A stretch of 64,000 bases of DNA from an uncultured bacterium (GTDB taxonomy: Bacteria; Patescibacteriota; Minisyncoccia; Phycocordibacterales; CAIRYW01). A program made the position numbers and the translations under genes. This document shows, one piece after another, positions 1 through 8,182 of the stretch (position 1 is the stretch's first letter; every line of letters begins with the position of its first letter). Where the stretch lies: positions 1,031 through 65,030 of the forward strand of contig CAIRYW010000027.1 in assembly GCA_903882905.1 (NCBI GenBank), in the 5' to 3' direction. The notes under the pieces are model-generated. The model worked only from the letters and a program-made list of their open reading frames with translations, was not told the origin of the DNA and did not search any database.

Positions 1-139
1 TTGTCCTCTTTTTCCGTATTCTTTTTTATAGGCAGTAGCAAGAGCGACTGAAACAGCCTCCATTACTTTTTCTCTAGGGATTCCACGCTCTTCTTCTAAT
101 TGTCCTAGAACTGAATTTATTACTTTTAGGTCTATCATG
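1..139 (-). CDS. nusA: Transcription termination/antitermination factor NusA, 5' partial (N-terminus only; the gene runs off the window)
   Basis: Reverse-complement translation from the ATG at 139 gives MIDLKVINSVLGQLEEERGIPREKVMEAVSVALATAYKKEYGKRGQ. This matches the conserved NusA N-terminus (…LPREKIFEALESALATA.KK). Confidence 0.55.
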
Positions 140-232
140 TTTTTATTGCTAATTTCTAAAAAGAAAAGCCCGCCGGTGGGCGAACTTGACCTCCATAGTT
201 TATTATATTCTGGAGGAAAAGTCAAACAAAAA

Positions 233-343
233 AACCAAGGACCGACCTTGAATCTTCACGACTTTGTTTTGTTAGGAGCAGAGCGACTTAGAAAACAAAA
301 AGTGCCCTTGTGGTGAAAAGGTCGGTCCTTGGTTTTTTTTGTT
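233..343. repeat. Long inverted repeat with arms aaccaaggaccgacc / ggtcggtccttggtt enclosing about 75 nt, with T-runs on both flanks. It lies in the divergent nusA-pilB intergenic region
   Basis: Arms at 233-247 and 321-335 are perfect reverse complements. The left arm plus the following 'ttgaatcttca' recurs at 59996-60047, and related 'cccaaggaccg' palindromes occur at 36008 and 61920. Confidence 0.6.
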
Positions 344-393
344 TCGCTATCCACTTTTTGTTTCACCTCTAACACGATATAATTAAAGGAAAT

Positions 394-2133
394 ATGATTA
401 TAAATGTAGAACAACTAGAAAAGTTCGTTATCGATTCAGGGTTAATTTCAAAAACTGATTTTGCTATTGCCAAAAAAGAATCAGAAGAAAAAAATCAAAG
501 CATTGGAAAAGTTTTAATAAGCGAAGGTAAAATAAGCGAAGATGATTTTAGCCGAATCAGTGCCTATATTTTAGGAATTCCTTTTGTTGATTTAAATGAA
601 AAAAAATTAGACCTAGATACACTTTCATTAATTCCAGAGCCAATTGCGAGGAAACACAATCTTATTGCCTTTAAGAAAACTGAAACAGAGCTTGAAGTTG
701 CAATGCTTGATACTGACGATCTTTCAGAAATAGATTTCATCAAGAAAAAAACTGGTTTGAGAATTTTACCAAGACTAACAAACGTAGAGTCAATTAAATC
801 AGGAATACTTCAATATCAAAAAAGTCTTAAAGCAGATTTCGGAGACATTATTAAGACTGAATCAGATTCTCTCCCAACTCATTCAACTGATGATAGTGCG
901 GATGCTTTAAAGAAAATGGCGGAAGATGTTCCTGTGGTTCGAATCGTAGACACTCTACTCAAGCATGCTATTTTACAATCTGCTTCTGATATTCACATTG
1001 AGCCGTATGAGAATGAAGTCATTATCCGTTATCGGGTGGATGGAATACTTCATGATGTTATGATCTTGCCAAAAAATACCGGAGCGGGTATTACCGCTAG
1101 AATTAAAGTTCTTTCAAGTCTTAAGTTAGATGAAAAGAGACTTCCACAAGACGGTAGATTTAAAATTGATATCGGAATTGAAAAAGTTTCTTTTAGAGTT
1201 TCGATGTTGCCAACTTATTATGGTGAAAAAACTGTAATGCGATTACTTCGCGAAAATTCTTCAGGATTTACACTCGAAGGTTTGGGATTTTATGGAGAAG
1301 GTTTAGAAAAAATCCACGAAGCGACAAGACTTACTACTGGAATGTTTTTAACTACAGGACCTACTGGAAGCGGAAAGACAACTACACTTTATACTTTGCT
1401 TGAACTTTTAAACACACCTAATGTAAATATTTCAACGATTGAAGATCCTATCGAGTATCAGATGCAGAGAATCAATCAAACTCAAGTAAAGCCTGAAATT
1501 GGTTTTACTTTTTCCTCAGGATTAAGATCTTTGGTTAGACAAGATCCAGACATAATAATGGTGGGAGAAATTCGAGATAATGAAACAGCATCTCTTGCAA
1601 TTAATGCAGCTCTTACTGGGCACTTAGTGCTTTCAACTTTGCACACAAACTCTGCTGCAGGAGCAATCCCAAGACTTATAGATATGAAATGTGAACCATT
1701 TCTTTTGGTCTCAACAATTAAAATAGTCATTGGGCAGAGGCTTGTGAGAAGATTGGAGAAACCAAAAGATAAATATAAACTTTCTGCATCGGAGTTAAAA
1801 AATCTTATTTCAAAAATCAATGCACCAAAAGTTTTGGAGGTACTTAAAACAGAAAAAATAATTGGTCCAGATGTTGATTGGAAAGATGTGGAGTTTTGGA
1901 AACAAAATCCATCAAAAGAATATCCAGATGGATATCATTCTAGAATTGGTATTTATGAAATTCTTAGAGTCACTCCAACGATTAGGGAACTGATTATGAA
2001 AAATGCTTCTTCGGATGATATTGATATACAAGCAAAAAAAGAAGGAATGCTTTCTATGGTAGAGGATGGAATTGTTAAAGCCGTTAAAGGTTTGACTACC
2101 ATTGAAGAAGTTCTCAGGGTGATTTCAGAGTAA
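394..2133 (+). CDS. pilB: Type IV pilus assembly ATPase PilB (GspE/PilB family)
   Basis: N-terminal GSPII-like domain. Walker A GPTGSGKTT, Asp box, His box (LSTLHTN), typical of secretion ATPases. 579 aa. Confidence 0.9.
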   Translation: MIINVEQLEKFVIDSGLISKTDFAIAKKESEEKNQSIGKVLISEGKISEDDFSRISAYILGIPFVDLNEKKLDLDTLSLIPEPIARKHNLIAFKKTETELEVAMLDTDDLSEIDFIKKKTGLRILPRLTNVESIKSGILQYQKSLKADFGDIIKTESDSLPTHSTDDSADALKKMAEDVPVVRIVDTLLKHAILQSASDIHIEPYENEVIIRYRVDGILHDVMILPKNTGAGITARIKVLSSLKLDEKRLPQDGRFKIDIGIEKVSFRVSMLPTYYGEKTVMRLLRENSSGFTLEGLGFYGEGLEKIHEATRLTTGMFLTTGPTGSGKTTTLYTLLELLNTPNVNISTIEDPIEYQMQRINQTQVKPEIGFTFSSGLRSLVRQDPDIIMVGEIRDNETASLAINAALTGHLVLSTLHTNSAAGAIPRLIDMKCEPFLLVSTIKIVIGQRLVRRLEKPKDKYKLSASELKNLISKINAPKVLEVLKTEKIIGPDVDWKDVEFWKQNPSKEYPDGYHSRIGIYEILRVTPTIRELIMKNASSDDIDIQAKKEGMLSMVEDGIVKAVKGLTTIEEVLRVISE

Positions 2134-2190
2134 GTTTTTGGCATTGTTTCGTAATTTATAAATCCAATAAAAGGTGTTATATTTTTAGGT

Positions 2191-4068
2191 ATGGAAAAAC
2201 CAAATTTCAACAACCCCGAATTTCTCGACAAAAAATATCCAGACCTAGCTGGCTCAAAACCTGTTGAGAGAGCTAGTTTTCAAGCTCGAAGAGACGGAGA
2301 ATCTCCTCATACCAGAGCAGAAAGAGTTGATGCTTACTTAGACAGGCTAGAAAAAGTTTTTAATGCTAAAAATGAAGCAGGAGAAGATCGAGGTTTTGAA
2401 CTTCTGAAACAAATGGTTCTTGATGAATATGTCACCAAACCAGAAGAAATACCAGAATCATACTGGAAACTTCAGGAAAATATTATGCGTGAACGTGGGC
2501 AACTTGGCGACTATCAAAATGCTTCAGAGGAACAAAAAGCAGAAATGAAAAGACAAAACTCCGAAGGAGTGCTTTCTGATCAAAAATCATCTCTTGAACA
2601 GTGGTTAGACTATTTTCATTCCACAGACTCAAATTACATTCCTCGAGAATTAAAATACTGGATTTTTAGAAATGTCATAAAACTTCAAGAATTTGATAAA
2701 GAGAAAAAAGAATTTACAAAAAGATCAAAAGGTACTGTTAAACAATTTCCTGATATTAATTACGAAGCTCTCGGTTATGTTGTTGATGCAGTGATAAAAA
2801 AATATGAAGGAAAACCTCTCGAATGGGAACACGATATCCAACCAGCTGAAAGACAAGTTTTCGAACAACACTTAACTAAAGAAGATTTTTCCAAACTCTA
2901 TGCTTGGGCAAATGAATTAATGAATCCAATTCCTGAGCATCTTCTTCCTGTAAAAGAAGGTAAGTGGAGAAAGTTTGATCAAGACACCGATCCTCATGAA
3001 TTAGTCAAAACTATTCGAGGAAAAGGGACTGGCTGGTGCACAGCCGGTGAGCAAACAGCAAAAACACAATTATCTGCAGGTGATTTTTATGTTTTCTATT
3101 CTTTGGACGACGAAAAAAAACCAACTATCCCAAGAATCGCAATCCGTATGGAAAGTGGAAAAATAGCAGAAGTGCGAGGAGTAGCTTACAAACAAAACCT
3201 CGACCCACACATGGGAAAAGTCTTGGAAGATAAACTCAATGAGTTTCCCGACAAAGATCAATATTTGAAAAAAGAAAGAGATATGCAAAGGCTTACGGAT
3301 ATTGAGAAGAAAACCAAAACAGGAGAAAAACTTTCAAAAACAGAACTGGAATTTATATACGAAATCAACTCTACCATCGAAGGCTTCGGTTATCAAAAAG
3401 ACCCTCGCATTGAAGAAATTAGAAGCAAAAGAAATGTCAAAGAAGATTTGCCAATTCTTTTTGCTTGCGAACCAAGCCAGATTGCCACAAATCAAAATGA
3501 AGTAGATGAAAATACTGTAGCTTACATTGGAAAATGGAACGTAGACATATACAACCAAATCAAACAATATCCAAACATAAAACATATCTACGAATCTTTC
3601 CCAGACAAGAAAATATTTATGATGACACTAGAAACTGACCCAGCAGTAAATTCTCCAGAAACAGCTGAAGCGAAACTAAAAGGAAAATCAATCTATCTAT
3701 CTGACTGGGGAAAAGATATTTTATACAAAACAGAATTCAGTAAGAAAAAAGAAAATTACGAATTGGTAAGGTTTACTGTAGGTGAACTTGGCTTTCCAAA
3801 CGGTGCCACAACAGATGAAATATACGCAAAAGCAGAAACATTAGAATTAGATTTGTGTCCCGCAGAAGTTGGTCCACAACTTCGCTTGTCTTATGAAGGA
3901 AAAGAATGGATGTTGATTGCTATGAAACAAATTACCGACCGCGATGGCTACCCGTGCGTGTTCGACCTGTACGGCGATGGTGCGGGGTTGCCGCTCGATG
4001 GCCGCAATGCCGAGCCAGACTTCAGGTGGCGTTCTGACTTCAAGTTCGTGTTCCTCTCTCGCAAGTAA
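2191..4068 (+). CDS. DGR target (variable) protein. A 625-aa protein with no obvious signal peptide, whose C-terminal about 46 codons are encoded by the variable repeat
   Basis: The 3' end (3927-4065) is a diverged copy of the TR at 4381-4519, differing only at TR adenine positions. The TR is rich in AAC (Asn) codons in the frame of this ORF. Confidence 0.8.
   Translation: MEKPNFNNPEFLDKKYPDLAGSKPVERASFQARRDGESPHTRAERVDAYLDRLEKVFNAKNEAGEDRGFELLKQMVLDEYVTKPEEIPESYWKLQENIMRERGQLGDYQNASEEQKAEMKRQNSEGVLSDQKSSLEQWLDYFHSTDSNYIPRELKYWIFRNVIKLQEFDKEKKEFTKRSKGTVKQFPDINYEALGYVVDAVIKKYEGKPLEWEHDIQPAERQVFEQHLTKEDFSKLYAWANELMNPIPEHLLPVKEGKWRKFDQDTDPHELVKTIRGKGTGWCTAGEQTAKTQLSAGDFYVFYSLDDEKKPTIPRIAIRMESGKIAEVRGVAYKQNLDPHMGKVLEDKLNEFPDKDQYLKKERDMQRLTDIEKKTKTGEKLSKTELEFIYEINSTIEGFGYQKDPRIEEIRSKRNVKEDLPILFACEPSQIATNQNEVDENTVAYIGKWNVDIYNQIKQYPNIKHIYESFPDKKIFMMTLETDPAVNSPETAEAKLKGKSIYLSDWGKDILYKTEFSKKKENYELVRFTVGELGFPNGATTDEIYAKAETLELDLCPAEVGPQLRLSYEGKEWMLIAMKQITDRDGYPCVFDLYGDGAGLPLDGRNAEPDFRWRSDFKFVFLSRK
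3927..4065 (+). repeat. DGR variable repeat (VR), 139 bp
   Basis: Hand alignment to 4381-4519 gives 115/139 identical positions. All 24 differences are at positions where the TR has A. The last 24 nt are identical except one A-to-C. Confidence 0.85.
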
Positions 4069-4380
4069 ACTTTAATTCTTAAACTCTTTGTATTTTTTTG
4101 ATTCTTTAAAACTTTGAATTTTTGATACTTTGAAATTTTTTTTGCTATACTAATTTCGGTTTGGTTAACGAGACGGCTACGGTTTTCTCGAACCTCTCCA
4201 GTTGGCGCATATTGAGAATGCAAATGGCCACGGCTTTTTGCAGAGGATGTGCGTTTTCTTTCAAAAAAAGAAATCAACTTGGTGTGCGATGCTCGAGGAT
4301 TTTCGATTCCAAATAACATACAGCTGAATTTTTGTATTTTTTAAATATTCAAATTGGCAATGGTAAAGATGGCATTGCAT

Positions 4381-4519
4381 ACAAATTACCGACCGCGATG
4401 ACAACCCGAACGTGTTCAACCTGAACAGCGATGATGCGAAGTTGAAACTCAATGGCAACAATGCCAAGCCAGACAACAGGTGGAATTCTGACAACAAGTT
4501 CGTGTTCCTCTCTCGAAAG
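4381..4519 (+). repeat. DGR template repeat (TR), 139 bp, followed by a hairpin (ccgcac ttacaac gtgcgg) and a T-run
   Basis: Invariant partner of the VR. It has 47 adenines, of which 24 are substituted in the VR, and none of the 92 non-A positions differ. It is rich in AAC codons. Confidence 0.85.
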
Positions 4520-4536
4520 TGTTTACTTTTCCGCAC

Positions 4537-4941
4537 TTACAACGTGCGGTTTTTCTTTTCGGGGTTTTCTAGACTTTTTCTCCAGCCACCAAGTATTTTT
4601 CCTATTTCTTCAAGTTTGAGAGCGACTTCCTCATATTGTTTGTGGGAAATGAGTCTGGCTTCCCAAGCTACATGCATTAAAAATTTTAAGGTATCTAAAC
4701 AAAGAATGCATCTGGAGACTTTTTCCGATTTTTTCTCTTTTTCGGTAAAATAGGCTATATATGAAAGTTCCAAAAGATCTAAAAATTTATTTTCAATTCT
4801 CCCGCCAATTGTATAACGTTGGTTTTTTGGAATATGATTAGCAATACTAAGCCAAATCAAATATCCCTCTTTGATTCGTTGGAGAATAGAAGTGTCACCA
4901 CCGAGAGAGAGAGAGAGAGAGAGAGTAGAAGGCTTCGCCAT
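4537..4941 (-). CDS. avd: DGR accessory variability determinant (Avd)-like four-helix-bundle protein (TIGR02436-like)
   Basis: 134 aa. The core …RIKEGYLIWLSIANHIPKNQRYTIGGRIENKFLDLLELSY… resembles the four-helix-bundle / 23S-IVS-protein family typical of Avd. It is encoded antisense to the TR-RT transcript. The N-terminal LSLSLSL is encoded by the (GA)n tract. Confidence 0.6.
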   Translation of the reverse strand: MAKPSTLSLSLSLGGDTSILQRIKEGYLIWLSIANHIPKNQRYTIGGRIENKFLDLLELSYIAYFTEKEKKSEKVSRCILCLDTLKFLMHVAWEARLISHKQYEEVALKLEEIGKILGGWRKSLENPEKKNRTL

Positions 4942-5919
4942 AAATATAAAGATATCATATCTGTAGAAAATTTACTTGCCTCTTGGCGAGAATTTTTGAA
5001 AGATAAGAAAAAGAAAAAAGATGTTGCTGAATTTTCTTTACATTTTTTAGATAATGTTTTTTATTTGCATAATAGTTTGAAGGATAAAACGTATACTCAT
5101 GGTGAATATAAACCGTTCAAAATCTCCGACCCGAAACCTCGTGATATTCACAAAGCTTCGGTTCGCGATAGGTTACTCCACCATGCAATTTACAGAATTC
5201 TATCCCCATATTTTGATGAGAAATTTATTTTTGATTCTTACTCTTGTCGTCTAGGTAAGGGAACGCATAGGGCAATGAATCGTTTTAGATATTTTGCAAG
5301 AAAAGTTTCCAAAAATCATACAAAAACATGCTGGGTACTAAAGTGTGATATCCGTAAATTTTTTGCCAGTATTGACCACCAAATTTTATTTGAAATTTTG
5401 AAGAAAAATATCAGAGACAAAGATATTGTTTGGCTTTTAATACAGGTGATATCAAGTTTTAACACACAATGCAAAACTAATGTCGGTTTACCTCTTGGTA
5501 ATTTAACCTCACAACTTTTGGTAAATATTTATATGAACGAATTTGACCACTTTATGAAAAGACAACTAAAGGTAAAATATTATATTCGTTATGCCGATGA
5601 TTTTGTGATTCTTTCTGAAGATCAAGTTTACCTTGAGAAACTTACCGTACAAATCTATCAATTTTTAGAACAAAAATTAAAACTCTATTTACACCCAAAC
5701 AAAGTGTTTGTTAAAACTTATGCTTCAGGAGTGGATTTCCTTGGATGGGTACACTTTCCAAATCATAGAGTTTTAAGGACAAGTACAAAAAGGAGAATGT
5801 TCAAAAATATTTCAGCTAAAAATTTTTCCTCTTACACAGGACTTTGTGAACACGGAGACGCTCATGAATTATCACAAGAATGTTATAATATTATTAAGAA
5901 AAAAACTGATGAAATTTAA
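4819..5919 (+). CDS. DGR-type reverse transcriptase
   Basis: RT motifs are present, including the YADD box (YIRYADDFVILS). The DGR-specific motif LPLGNLTSQLLVNIY ([I/L]GxxxSQ replaces QGxxxSP) is present. The N-terminus …ENLLASWREFLKDKKK… matches the DGR RT consensus. The size, about 360 aa, is typical. The true start is uncertain, because the ORF-track start overlaps avd on the opposite strand. Confidence 0.85.
   Translation: MVFWNMISNTKPNQISLFDSLENRSVTTERERERESRRLRHKYKDIISVENLLASWREFLKDKKKKKDVAEFSLHFLDNVFYLHNSLKDKTYTHGEYKPFKISDPKPRDIHKASVRDRLLHHAIYRILSPYFDEKFIFDSYSCRLGKGTHRAMNRFRYFARKVSKNHTKTCWVLKCDIRKFFASIDHQILFEILKKNIRDKDIVWLLIQVISSFNTQCKTNVGLPLGNLTSQLLVNIYMNEFDHFMKRQLKVKYYIRYADDFVILSEDQVYLEKLTVQIYQFLEQKLKLYLHPNKVFVKTYASGVDFLGWVHFPNHRVLRTSTKRRMFKNISAKNFSSYTGLCEHGDAHELSQECYNIIKKKTDEI
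4903..4925. repeat. (GA)n dinucleotide microsatellite, about 11.5 units, 23 nt
   Basis: gagagagagagagagagagagag. It lies in the overlap of the predicted 5' ends of avd (minus strand) and the RT ORF (plus strand). Confidence 0.9.
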
Positions 5920-7120
5920 AGTTACATATAAAAATGGCGATAATACAGGTGAAGGGGTTTTTGAAGCTCTTGATAAATTTGAATTGTTTAATGAATTAAA
6001 AAAAGAAGGTCTTTCTCTTATAAAATTTTCAGAAATAAAAAAACATAATTTAAATATCGATATTCCTTTTTTAAGTGCAAATAAAATAAAATTTCATGAC
6101 AGAATTATTTTTGCTAGAAATTTAGGTTCGATGCTCAAAGCAGGACTTCCTCTTTCCAGAGCTCTTCAGGTTATTGAAAAACAGTCCAAGTCGCCCAAGA
6201 TGAAAAGTGTTCTTAACACTCTCATTAAAAATATTGCTGAAGGGAAAACTCTAAATCAATCTCTTTCACTCTTTCCAGAAAATTTTAATTCTTTAGTTAC
6301 ATCAATGGTTAGAGCTGGGGAGGAAAGTGGATCACTTGCCGAATCCTTAAAACTCGTAGCTGATCAAATGGAGAAAAATTATACTTTGATGAAAAAAGTT
6401 AAAGGGGCCATGATCTATCCTGCTATTATCCTTAGTGTCATGGTTGTAATTGGAATTTTGATGCTTGTTTATGTGGTACCGGGTTTGACAGCAACCTTTA
6501 CAGAGCTTCATGCAGATTTACCTTTTTCAACAAAAGTAGTCTTGGGTATAAGTGATTTGCTTCAAAATCATTATATTCTTATGCTTGCTGGTTTAATTGC
6601 AATAATATTTATTTTTATTTCTACGATTCGTACAAAAAAAGGTAAATGGTTTATTGATAGAGCAATTATTAAAATTCCAGTTATTGGTGAAATAGTTGTT
6701 CAAACAAATTCTGCAAGGACCACAAGAACAATGTCTTCACTTCTAGCTTCTGGTGTGGAAGTTGTAAAGTGTGCGCAGATTACCAGAGACGTACTTCAAA
6801 ATTCTTTATATAGAGATGTTATGGAAAAAGTTTCAGTCGCTATCCAAAAAGGGCAACCAATTTCAAAGGTATTTGAAGATTACGAAAGTATTTATCCAGC
6901 TTTTGTTGCGGAAATGGCAAGCGTAGGCGAAGAGACGGGGAAACTCTCTGAAATGTTCGGGCAAACAGCTGAATATTATGAAGAAGAAGTCGAGCAAAAA
7001 ACTAAAGACATGTCGCAGATTGTTGAACCGTTTCTCATGGTAATTATTGGACTTGCAGTAGGTTTCTTTGCTGTTTCTATGATTACTCCAATGTACACAG
7101 TACTTAATAATATTAATTAA
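5846..7120 (+). CDS. pilC: Type IV pilus inner-membrane platform protein PilC (GspF family)
   Basis: Two GspF repeats and 3 TM segments. The probable true start is MKFKV at about 5909, which overlaps the RT stop by a few nt. Confidence 0.85.
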   Translation: MNTETLMNYHKNVIILLRKKLMKFKVTYKNGDNTGEGVFEALDKFELFNELKKEGLSLIKFSEIKKHNLNIDIPFLSANKIKFHDRIIFARNLGSMLKAGLPLSRALQVIEKQSKSPKMKSVLNTLIKNIAEGKTLNQSLSLFPENFNSLVTSMVRAGEESGSLAESLKLVADQMEKNYTLMKKVKGAMIYPAIILSVMVVIGILMLVYVVPGLTATFTELHADLPFSTKVVLGISDLLQNHYILMLAGLIAIIFIFISTIRTKKGKWFIDRAIIKIPVIGEIVVQTNSARTTRTMSSLLASGVEVVKCAQITRDVLQNSLYRDVMEKVSVAIQKGQPISKVFEDYESIYPAFVAEMASVGEETGKLSEMFGQTAEYYEEEVEQKTKDMSQIVEPFLMVIIGLAVGFFAVSMITPMYTVLNNIN

Positions 7121-7657
7121 TTGTTTAAAAAAAATAAATCAAAAATAAAGACCCAGCACCTTTTCCGCTCTGGCGGAAAAGGTGCTGGGTTTAGCTTGAT
7201 CGAAATAATTATTGCATCAGCAGTCATGCTTATTGTTTGGCTTACTGTTTTTTACACTTTTTCGGTACTGACTCAATTTACTTCAAAAAATACAAATTCT
7301 ATAAAAGCTTCTATGCTTCTTGAAGAGGGCAGTGAAGCTCTTCGTTCTCTTAGAGATTCGTCTTGGAAAACAAATATTGCTCCACTTAGTTCTGGTGTGG
7401 ATTATCGACTTTTATATAGTATGTCTACGGATTCTTGGACCATTATTAATGAGCCGTCAATGATTGATGGAAAATTTGATAGAACTTTTTCTCTTTCTGA
7501 TGTTTCAAGAGACTCATCAACTTTTAATGTTGTGTCTTCTGGTGGTGTATTTGATGCAGATAGCAAGAAGGTAGATATAACTGTTTCTTGGTATCAAGGG
7601 AATGCTACAACTAGTGAAAGTTTAGAAACTTATATATTCAATGACTTCAATAAATAA
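7121..7657 (+). CDS. Prepilin-type (class III signal peptide) pilin/pseudopilin
   Basis: G|FSLIEIIIASAVMLIV prepilin cleavage/methylation motif. It has a TTG start. A 17-bp-stem hairpin is encoded inside the leader (7143-7183). Confidence 0.7.
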   Translation: MFKKNKSKIKTQHLFRSGGKGAGFSLIEIIIASAVMLIVWLTVFYTFSVLTQFTSKNTNSIKASMLLEEGSEALRSLRDSSWKTNIAPLSSGVDYRLLYSMSTDSWTIINEPSMIDGKFDRTFSLSDVSRDSSTFNVVSSGGVFDADSKKVDITVSWYQGNATTSESLETYIFNDFNK

Positions 7658-8182
7658 ATGACTAATAACTCAAAACTCAAAATTCATGACTCAGGCTTCA
7701 GTCTCATTGAAATTATTATTTATATTTCTCTATTAGCCATTTTTATTGGGGCCATTACTTGGAGTTTTTCTGTTATTTTTCATTCTTACAATAGGATGAA
7801 AAATGAGCGCGCCGTAGAAAATTCCGCGATGGTTTCAATGGATAGAATAGTTCGAGAAATTAGAAATTCAAAATCTGTTGATTTGGTAAATACAGCAACC
7901 TCAACTCCAAATGGATATTTAACATTAAATAATTTTGATTCATATCAAAATCCTGGAACTGTAAGATTTTATCTTTTAGACAATCGAATTTATGAAGACA
8001 AAAATGGGACAACTTTAGGTCCACTTACTTCAGAAGATACTGATGTTTCATCTTTAGTCTTTAGATATTTCACAAGTGCTAGTTCGACGGGGATAAAAAT
8101 TGAAATGGCAATTCAGGCCTCAAATATTCCTGTGAATAATTTTTATGATTCAGCAATTTTGAGAAATTCATATGAAAACTGA
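7658..8182 (+). CDS. Prepilin-type minor pilin
   Basis: MTNNSKLKIHDSG|FSLIEIIIYISLLAIF, followed by a hydrophobic helix. Confidence 0.7.
   Translation: MTNNSKLKIHDSGFSLIEIIIYISLLAIFIGAITWSFSVIFHSYNRMKNERAVENSAMVSMDRIVREIRNSKSVDLVNTATSTPNGYLTLNNFDSYQNPGTVRFYLLDNRIYEDKNGTTLGPLTSEDTDVSSLVFRYFTSASSTGIKIEMAIQASNIPVNNFYDSAILRNSYEN

Noticed and set aside
1482-2231. Antisense ORFs inside pilB (1482-1820, 1953-2231, minus strand)
   Set aside because: They are fully embedded in the strongly supported pilB reading frame on the other strand and have no motifs or RBS. These are typical shadow ORFs.
3948-4753. ORFs 3948-4319(-), 4261-4536(-), 4412-4753(+) in the VR-TR spacer
   Set aside because: The plus-strand ORF is simply the TR read in the target's frame (it reproduces …NSDNKFVFLSRK). 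The minus-strand ORFs are antisense to VR/TR and low-complexity. They are better explained as the non-coding DGR spacer.
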